Notes under the pieces: model-generated
Databases searched by the model: none
Told to the model about the DNA's origin: nothing
The model's input: only the letters and a program-made list of their open reading frames with translations
Made by a program: the position numbers and the translations under genes
Part shown: piece after piece, positions 55,239 through 64,000 of the stretch
Layout of the letters: every line of letters starts with the position of its first letter
How positions within the stretch are numbered: the first letter of the stretch is position 1
Assembly (NCBI RefSeq): GCF_006345805.1
Contig: NC_043008.1
Coordinates: 59,582,001 to 59,646,000 of the forward strand
Direction: 5' to 3'
DNA length: 64,000 nt
Source of the DNA: Octopus sinensis
Taxonomy: Eukaryota

Positions 55239-55798
55239 TGTGTGTGTGTGTGTGTGTGTTTGTGTGTATGTATGTATACACACACAGAGTTCAAATGTAG
55301 AAAACAGGTGAGGGAAGAACAAGTAGGTGTATTAGTTTGACACTGGATATACGTACGTACTTACATATGTATGAGTGTGAGTGTGGGTAGGCATATGTTT
55401 GTGTCACCTTGTCTTGACATTGCATGACAGTTGTAAACGAGTGTCATTATCACATAAGCAGTGTCATTCATTTCCGATATTCTGAGGGCATTCAACCGTA
55501 GGAAATCTGCTTCATATAAACTACATCAAATCCATGCAAGCATGGAGAAGTAGACCTCCCTTTCGTTACTGTATTTATTTTGAGATGCTCTGTGTTTCTT
55601 TTTAAATTACTTAAAATATAACAAAGAATTTAGTAAAATAACTTAGTTATCATTCAGCTAGTGTTAGGAACATAAATTGTGGCTAAGGTTTGGTGGAAGA
55701 TTTTAATTCAAAACTTATGAAAACAAGACATTTGTACTCAGAGCCAGGGCCAGTTTCAGCCGGGTTGGTAACGAAAGGGTTAAACCAATAACATTTAA

Positions 55799-55902
55799 CC
55801 CTTTCATTACCATAAATTAGCCATATAAAGCCCAAATATTTTACTTGTTTTACATTCAAACCAGCAAGATCTGATTTCTCAGTCTGGTTGGTAACGAAAG
55901 AG
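55799..55902. mobile_element. 104-bp mini-MITE: family B TIRs enclosing captured DNA
   Basis: TTAA-ccctttcattacca-[69 bp matching 54267-54335 with 1 mismatch]-gtctggttggtaacgaaagag-TTAA. Confidence 0.8.
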
Positions 55903-56691
55903 TTAAAACGATGATACTGATGATGATGATTCTAGTAAATTGATCGACCACAAAGAAGCTCCCGCGCTGGCTCGTATAAAAAGCAAAACCTGTAACGGTA
56001 GTTACCTCCGTCCCCATCATGAACTCGTGATTACAGGACTTTTATAAAAACATACGAGCTGTTATTTGAAGTTTAGTACAGAAAAACAATGTGCATGTCT
56101 AGCAAGAGATTTTAGAGTTTACAGCTCACAGCAGGCTGTATGTCATGTGTAGCCAACTAGAATTAGTTGCTATGGTGTAAATAAGTGGATAAATCAATCA
56201 ATCAACCAAGAAAAAAAAGGAAAAAGCCTGTTAAGTTGTATTCCACATTAATACAATCAGCCACTCAGTGAGCTAGGGCATTCTGCCATAATGGCCATAA
56301 GTATAATATCTGTAAACCTACTGTCCTAGGACAATGGGGAGGTCAATTCATGAACTTGAGCAACACAGAATCTTCATAATGAATTTCCCAGGTTAGAGTG
56401 CTATATTATCTAATGAGTGGATGAACATTCATAATTGATGCAGCGGAAGAGGAGAAAGAAAGAAATCTTCATTAAAATACATTCCCCCTATTTACTTTCT
56501 ACTGTGAAATCATTAATTATTCATTTAACATGTGGAGGCATGATTGTGTGATTAAGAAGTTTGCTTCTCAAACCATGTCGTTTCAGGTTCAGTCCCACTG
56601 TATGACACCCAGGGGAAGTGTCCTGTACTACTGCCCCAAGATGACCAAAGCCCAAGCTCATCATACATACATACATACATATACATATATA

Positions 56692-58190
56692 TTAGGTTGA
56701 ATAAAAAGTAAGTAACGTTTTGAAACATGAAATAAATCACAATATATTTCAACAATGCGGAAATTCTGTTCATCAAAGTACCATTACAATGAACATGTTT
56801 TTGCCAACAAGTTACAAGTTTGTTTATTTTGCTGACATAAAAATCTGGAGTTCTGGAGCTGATGAACTCTTTGAATGCTCTTTCAGCATCGGTTTGATTT
56901 TTTAACTCTTTCTGTCGCAGGAAACCGTCAAGGTATTTGAAAAAGTGGTAGTCAGTAGGAGAAAGGTTTGAGGAATAAGCTGGGTAGGGAAGAACTTCAT
57001 AGCCAAGTTCCCTCAACTTCTGGAGCATCATTAACCCTTTAGTGTTTAAATTGGCCAAATCCAGCCCAATATATTCCACATATTTTATATTCAAACTGGC
57101 CATATCTAGCCTCTCACACCTAATCTACAATGTCATTCTAAAAATAAACAATCACATCATTGAAACCTCAAAGCTATAAGGTAATGCATGATTAATTCAA
57201 AACAATTTAAATAAAAAAGCATTACATTTAACAGAGTAATCTGAACACTAAAGGGTTAATGTGGTCAAGCATTGTCATGAAGAATGAGTGACCCTCTTCT
57301 GTTCACCAGTCTTCGACGGAGGAGTAGCAGTTTTTTGTTCATTTCGGCAATTTCATGGCAATATGTTTCAGCAGTAATGGTTTTTTCCAGGTTTTTAGAA
57401 GTTATAGTGGATGAGTCCCACAGTACACCACCAAACAGTCACCATAACCATCTTTTTAAAAAGCTTGTGTTTAGGGAAGGTTTTCGGTGCTACATTTTGG
57501 TTCAATCATTGCGAAGAACGTTTTTTTATTATAGGACAGAATCCACTTTTCATCGCAAATTACAATACGGTCAAGAAATGGAACAGTCAGGTTACAGAGA
57601 AGAAGCGACCAGCAAATTTCATATCTGCGCATTTTCAGATTTTTATTAAAATTGTGTGGTACCCATTTGTTGAGCTTTTTTGATTTTCTCATCGCATGCA
57701 AATGGTTGCAGGCAGTTTTCTGGCTAATTTGAAGTTGTTTTGCCAGTTCTCAAGTGGTTTTGCACAGATCTTTCTCAACAATGGTCTTTAATTGACCATC
57801 ATAGATGACATATGGGCATCCACTACACTCACGATCTTCAAGGCTTGGGTCTCCACTGCGAAATCCTTTAAACCAGTTTCAAGCTGACCACTCACTGGTC
57901 ATTTCCTCACCAAACGTTTAATTGATATCGCGAGCAGTTTCAGCTGCTTTACATTCTATTTTGAAATTGAATAGCAAAATTGCTCAAATATCATGCTTTT
58001 ACAGTTTCATTCCAGATGATTGTAACAATGGTGAAAAAAAATCAATGTTAATTTATTGATGCATTTGGGCCAGTCTATATCTGTATTATCATACAATTAC
58101 AAAAAAAAATTTACAAAAAATTCAAAACTGCAAAAATCCAGTACAAATTCTTCATGGTTCAAAACGTTGCTTACTTTTTACTCAACCTGA
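56692..58190 (-). mobile_element. Full-length decayed mariner transposon (Hsmar1/cecropia-like), interrupted by a MITE
   Basis: 33-bp TIRs ttaggttgaataaaaagtaagtaacgttttgaa (3 mismatches between ends) with TA flanks. Transposase motifs KAAETARDIN, KWVPH, DRIVICDEKW, HDNA*PH and YSSNLSPTDYHFF carry stops. About 1.27 kb after removing the MITE. Confidence 0.92.
57035..57255. mobile_element. Family A MITE nested inside the mariner transposase
   Basis: TTAA duplication at 57031-57034 and 57256-57259; it splits the transposase between HDNA*PH and MMLQKL. Confidence 0.9.
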
Positions 58191-59318
58191 TATATATATA
58201 TATATCATCATCATCATCATTTAACCCTTTCATTACTGTATTTATTTTGAGATTCTCTGTTATTCTTTCAATTATTTTAAATATAACAAAGAATTTAGTA
58301 AAATAACTTAATTATCATTCCGCTAGTGTTAGGAACATAAATTGTGACTAAGGTTTGGTGAAAGATTTTAATTCAAAACTTATGAAAATAAGATATTTGC
58401 ACTACAAAGCTAGGGCCGGTTTCAGCCGGGTTAGTCATGAAAGGGTTAATGTCTGTTTTTCATGATAGATGGTTTTACAGGAGCTGCCTTACAGAGTGGA
58501 CTGAGTGTTTTTTACATGGCATAAGCACCTTTCAAGCATTGGGCCTCACTGAGGCAATGACAAATGACAGAAACGCTTGGCAATATGCCGTGTTTGAGAA
58601 GACCCATCAAGCCAAATGAAATTGTAGTTGTGGCAGAGAAACAGTGACAGTTGAGAATCAGAAATGGAGTGTAAACTAGTTTCCTAGATTGGCACAAAAC
58701 ATACTGCTAGATTTATTGCTCCACTCAGCCTTTCAACTCACCCCTCTTTTCAACCATCCATCTATCCCATACATACATGTAGTCAGAACAATGTGTTACC
58801 TAAGCTGTTTTGCTTGCGCTATGTTGCTTTAGAGCCCTTCATTTGCCAATGTCTGCCACAACCCCAGTTTTAACAAAAAAAATTTTTTTTTAATTAGCAG
58901 TTAAATTTCAACAAATGCCAGAGGAAGCGGAGCTGATGATGATGATGATGATGATGATGACAGTGATGATGATGAATGGCAATGATCATGACAATGATAA
59001 AGAAGAAATAGTTAACTGCTACTTAGGAATTACACATTAAATCTTATCTATTCTTTACTTTGAGATTTTAGGAACTTAAGGAATTAATTACAATCAAGAA
59101 ATGAGTCAATCAACACTTATATATTTCTACAATGATAGGTGGGGTTTTTTTTTCTCTCTCTCTTTAATTCCCCTCCACTCTGATGTTTGACAAATAACAA
59201 ACCATTTAACCATTGAAATTTAACCCTTCACTCTGTCAAATGTAATGTTTATTTATTCATATTGCTTTCAACAAATCATTTATTCTCTTGTAGCACTGAG
59301 ATTTCAATGATGTGACAT

Positions 59319-59712
59319 AGGCATAGGAGTGGCTGTGCAGTAAGTAGCTTGTTTATTAACCACATGGTTCCGGGTTCAGTCCCACTGCATGGCACCTTGG
59401 GCAAGTGTCTTCTACTATAGCCTCGGGTCGACCAAAGCTTTGCAAGTGGATTTGGTAGAAAGAAGCCCGTTGTATATATGTCTATATATGTGTGTGTATA
59501 TGTTTGTGTGTGTGTGTTTGTCCCCCCAACATCGCTTGACAACTGATGCTGGTGTGTTTACGCCGCCGTAACTTAGTGGTTCGGCAAAAAAGACCGATAG
59601 AATAAATACTAGGCTTACAAAGAATAAGTCCTGGGGTCAATTTGCTCGACTAAAGGCGGTGCTCCAGCATGGCCAAAGTCAAATGACTGAAACAATTAAA
59701 AAAGTAAAGAGT
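59319..59712 (+). mobile_element. Family 1 SINE nested in a family A MITE (59224-59825)
   Basis: MITE-A sequence continues on both sides of the SINE. Confidence 0.8.
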
Positions 59713-60097
59713 ATGTTTTCAAAATGACATTGTAGGGTATGTGTGAGAGGTAGGATCTGGCCAGCTTGAACATAAACCAGAGGGAACCTTTGGGCTGGAT
59801 ATGGCCATATTAAATATTTAAAGAATTAATAAGTCTTTTTGAGTACGTAAACATAATAGATGGGTCAACTAGTACGGATGAATTGAACAAGAATAGATAA
59901 GAGGAACATGTGGCAATGAAAAGTAAGGTAAATTTTAGAAAGCAGGAAGTGATGATAAGTGGTAAGGCATTGATGAAGTAGACAGAACCAACATGTGGCC
60001 ATGCCTGGTATGCAAAAAGGATGTTAACTGTACAATATAAGCTGGGTGGAGCCATTCAAAATGTAGTGATGTGGAAAGATTATTTATTAATACTGTA

Positions 60098-60482
60098 TCT
60101 TTTACTCTTTTACTTGTTTTAGTCATTTGACTGCGGCCATGCTGGAGCACTGCCTTTAATCAAGCAAATTAACCCCAGGACTTATTCTTTGTAAGCCTAG
60201 TACTAATTCTATCGGTCTCTTATGCTGAACCGCTAAGTTACGGGGACGTAAACACACCAGCATCGGTTGTCAAGCGATGTTGGGGGGACAAACACAGACA
60301 CACACATATATATACATACAACGTGCTTCTTTCAGTTTCCGTCTACCAAATCCACTCACAAGGCTTTGGTCTTCCTGAGGCTATAGTAGAAGACACTTGC
60401 CCAAGGTGCCACGCAGTGGCACTGAACCCGAAACCATGTAGTTGGTAAGCAAGCTACTTACCACACAGCCACTCCTGGAACT
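60098..60482 (-). mobile_element. Family 1 SINE, full length
   Basis: Reverse complement of the 5152 and 61745 copies. Confidence 0.9.
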
Positions 60483-61514
60483 ACAATTACAAGGTGGTAT
60501 CAAAAAGTTCCCAGACTTTCTGTAGCATGTCGACAGATGAAAGCACAAGGTTGTTTTGTAATCTGCTTAGTCTCCTGGTCCATGGAAAAATTGTCTAATA
60601 CAAAAGCAGTCAGTGGTATAGAAAAGGTTGGGGCCTGTTGACCTAATAGATATTTTGGAAAGGTAGATCAAAGTTAGCAACAGTGACTAGAACACATACA
60701 AATTCCAAGAAGGAAGTGTTGTACTAATGAAGATGGAAGTGTCACCAAAACTAAAGAAAAAGGTCTATGCTGCAATATGTATGTGTGTGTATATGTTTGT
60801 ATGTCTGTGTTTGTCTCCCCAACATCGCTTGACAACCAATGCTGTGTATTTTCGTCCCTGTAACTCAGCAGTTAGGCAAAAGGGACCGATAGAATATGTG
60901 ACATAAATAATGAAAAGGGGAGTAGCAGAGAAGGTTGGATGGAAAAGAAAAATAGCTCAGCATATGTGTATCACTGAGAGAGAGAGAGAGAGATGACAAC
61001 AGACAATGAATGGAAGAGGATGATGGGAATAGAGCTTGTGTTGGATAATGTAAAGAGAAATGGAATGATTTGGCAAGATCATGTGTAGAGAAAGGATGAA
61101 AGTGACAGGCTAGGAGAAGAGATGGAAATGAATGAGGACGGAAGGTGGAGGAAGAGAAAATAAAGGCAAAGAATTTAGTAGGAGGGATATAGGGGACTAG
61201 GTAAACTAGAGAAGACTGTCATGGAATATGCAAGGTTACCCTCTGCTGAAGCAGGGGAAATGGACTTAATTGTTGTCGTTATGATATTTAATTAAAACAT
61301 TTTTATTTAAAACTAAAATTATGAGATGCTGTGAGACCCAGTCAGTTTAAAATGACCATCCTGTATGAAAGGCCAAACTAGAATAGGGGGAAGGTTTATA
61401 AGTAATTCAAAGTAATTTAAACTCAACCCTCATTCCACACTGTCTTCTTTGTGCAAGTATTTTTTTTAGGGTTTATAATGGGATCTTTTTCACACCTTAA
61501 TTTTGACTACTCAC

Positions 61515-61629
61515 CTATGAGGAATACCCTCTTTATAATGTTGGCAACGGAAATAGGGATAAGAATGTGTATTGTCCATTTGATGGGAAAATTTCCATAG
61601 GTGGCTGAAGATTGCTTGACATTTTAAAA
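61515..61629 (-). CDS. Candidate upstream exon of the FBXO33-like gene
   Basis: Consensus donor CATAG|GTGAGT. Its phase-2 end (AG+G = Arg) joins in frame to YLDNIE. Open frame LKCQAIFSHLWKFSHQMDNTHSYPYFRCQHYKEGIPH. The acceptor (acaccag) is weak and no homology is recognised. Confidence 0.35.
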
Positions 61630-61744
61630 CTGGTGTAATACTTAGTGTTTAATAAAATGAAGTAGCATGAAACGATCGTACCACATTACCTCAGATATAC
61701 TTGTTGCTTATTTTGATTATATATATATATATATATATATACAA

Positions 61745-62156
61745 GTGCAGGAGTAGCTGTGTGATAAGTAGCTTGCTTACGAACCACATGGTTCCGGGTT
61801 CATTCCCACTGCATGGCACCTTGGGCAAATGTCTTCTACTATAGCCTCAGGCTGACCAAAGCCTTGTGAGTGGATTCGGTAGATGGAAACTGAAAGAAGC
61901 CCATCGTATATATGTATATATATATATGTGTGTATATATGTTTGTGCGTCTGTGTTTGTCTCCCCAACATCGCTTGACAACCGATGCTGGTGTGTTTTCG
62001 TCCCTGTAACTTAGTGGTTCGGCAAAAGAGACCAATAGAATAAGTACTAGGCTTACAAAAAATAAGTCTGGGGGGTCGATTTGCTCGATTAAAGGCGGTG
62101 CCCCAGCATGGCCACAGTCAAATGACTGAAACAAGTAAAAGAGTAAGAGTAAAGAG
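61745..62156 (+). mobile_element. Family 1 SINE, full length
   Basis: Head ggagtagctgtgtgataag, internal microsatellite and (AAGAGT)n tail. Confidence 0.9.
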
Positions 62157-63682
62157 TGTATATATATACATATATATATATTTATATATATTATACATGT
62201 ATGATTTGAGGGAGATTTGGCTGCTATTCTAACGGATCAAGAACCACGGTGTGACTCCCTCATCAGCTTGTACAGATGCAAAGTCTACAACAGTGGTGCC
62301 CTGATGACCTTGTGAATTACATCACAAAACATGCTGGCTTATTTGAAGTTTAAATTAGAACAAAACACACATGACTAGTAAGAGATCACAGCAGGTAGCA
62401 TATGTTGCAAATAGACGGCTAGAGTTTGTTACTATCGTATAAAATAACATTGTAAATATGTGTGTTTTCCAACAAGATCAACTAGAGGAAAATAGATTAT
62501 TATGCATTGACTAAGATCAATAATTTATTCAAAAAACAAACCAGAGTATTATGTTATGCAATCTAATACATGAAATAAAAGGATTTCAATAGCTAACGTC
62601 TTTCAAATCTATTCAGAAATTATTTTTCCGATTTTTCTTTTCTTTTTTTTTTTCTGGTATTTTTTTTTTTGTATTTGTGCAAATTTTTCCAAAAGGAAAC
62701 CTAAATTAATCACACAGCAATCACTGTTTCCATTAACAGTGTGACAAAAAGACACTAAATGACAATTCATTTATATTATTTACTATTGATAAAGAGGGAA
62801 TAGATTGATCAACCAATCAGATTTTAAATATAGCACAAAAACTATTTGGCTAGGTTTTCCACAAAGTGATTGATTTTGAACTGATAAAATATTTTAATAC
62901 AGAATCTGTTAGAAATATATCAACACGCTTGAAAGCTATCAACTAAGCAAGAGAGAGAAAAAAAAAATCGACAAACAGTTGGAAGAAATGCTAATCTGAC
63001 AAGCAGACATTTCCAAACAGAATAAAAAGAAATAGTTATTTGACGGATTTGGCAATCTCAGGTTGCAGAAAAATTGATTTCCTTTGATAAGGCATAAAGC
63101 CAAATTTAGCAAAGGAGTGAATATATTCAAATAATTTAAGCCAAAGATATTACTAGTATTTTATCAATTTTAGAAGAAAGTGACAAAATATAAAAATCAG
63201 CCCTTAGGTGATGGATTAACAGATTTGTTAAAGCAGCTGTATTTATTCTGACATCTATCCTGACCCCTTACATTCTGGTTTCAAATCCTGAGGCCAACTT
63301 TACCTTTATCTCTCTCTGGGATTGATAAAGTAAAATATCAAAGTATTGCTGACAATATAACTGACTTCTGCCCTCTTACAAATTTCGGTTACTGTGTCAA
63401 TTATTAAGACCTAGCTGGCCCTGTGCCGTCAAAAATGATGGTTAATTGTAGCATTTTATATCACAAACACACACACACAAACATTCACATACCTCCCTTT
63501 TACATACACACACATATACTCAACAGAGTTGAAACGCTCCCACTACCGGTTTTCCATCACCCCTTCCTTTCTCATACATATGTTGTGACAGAGAAAAACA
63601 CAAGAGTATTATTACAGAAGATGTTTGATTGGCAGAGACAAAAATACCTAAAAAAAAATAAAGCTTTTTGGTATTTACTTTT

Positions 63683-64000
63683 TGACTCATTTTAGTCATT
63701 TGATTGTGGTCATGCTGGAACACTGCCTTAAAGGGTTTTAGTCGAAAAAATCAACCCCAGGACTTACTCTTTGTACGCCTTGTACTAATTCTATCAGTCT
63801 TTTCTGCTAAACTGCTAAGTTACAGAGACATAAACACACCAACATCGGTTGTCAAGTGATGATAGAAGGACAAACATAGACACAAAGGCACACAGATAAA
63901 TATATATATATAGATATATATACGACAGGCTTCTTTCAGTTTCCGTCGACCAAATCCACTCACAAGTCTTTGGTTGGCCTGAGGTTATAGTAGAAGACAC
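63683..64000 (-). mobile_element. Family 1 SINE, truncated by the window edge
   Basis: Homologous to 60098-60482. Confidence 0.85.

Noticed and set aside
7708-55322. Dozens of ORFs rich in YI/HT/CV dipeptides
   Set aside because: They are translations of (TA)n, (CA)n and (TACA)n microsatellites, which lack stops in some frames.
62790-63130. Strong minus-strand polypyrimidine acceptor at ~62945 and ORF 62939-63130
   Set aside because: All frames downstream of the acceptor hit stops before any donor; no FBXO33 similarity.

Overview
Very AT-rich animal genomic DNA, dense in microsatellites and short interspersed repeats. The repeat landscape is most consistent with a coleoid cephalopod such as Octopus; this is inferred from recalled repeat families, not from a database search. 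The only confidently identifiable gene is an FBXO33-like F-box protein on the minus strand: three phase-compatible 3' exons at 52953-53641, 42441-42601 and 41579-41725, plus a possible upstream exon at 61515-61629. The F-box-coding 5' exons are not seen. Nearly all other ORFs in the track are microsatellite or SINE artefacts. Mobile DNA includes several tRNA-headed SINE families, RTE LINE 3' ends, a full-length decayed mariner, a decayed maT/Tc1-like transposase, two TTAA-flanked piggyBac-type MITE families and Helitron-like ends. The most interesting signals are: (1) five minimal type-I hammerhead ribozyme-like motifs in short microsatellite-embedded elements that share one architecture (Penelope pLTR/retrozyme-like); (2) a 71-bp inverted repeat just inside an FBXO33 intron whose single mismatch is A:C on the transcribed strand; (3) a 104-bp mini-MITE built from TIRs plus captured local DNA; (4) a head-to-tail chain of SINEs; and (5) a ~17 kb TE-depleted, UTR-like stretch below the FBXO33 stop codon. 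Repeat boundaries were set by eye and are approximate unless stated.
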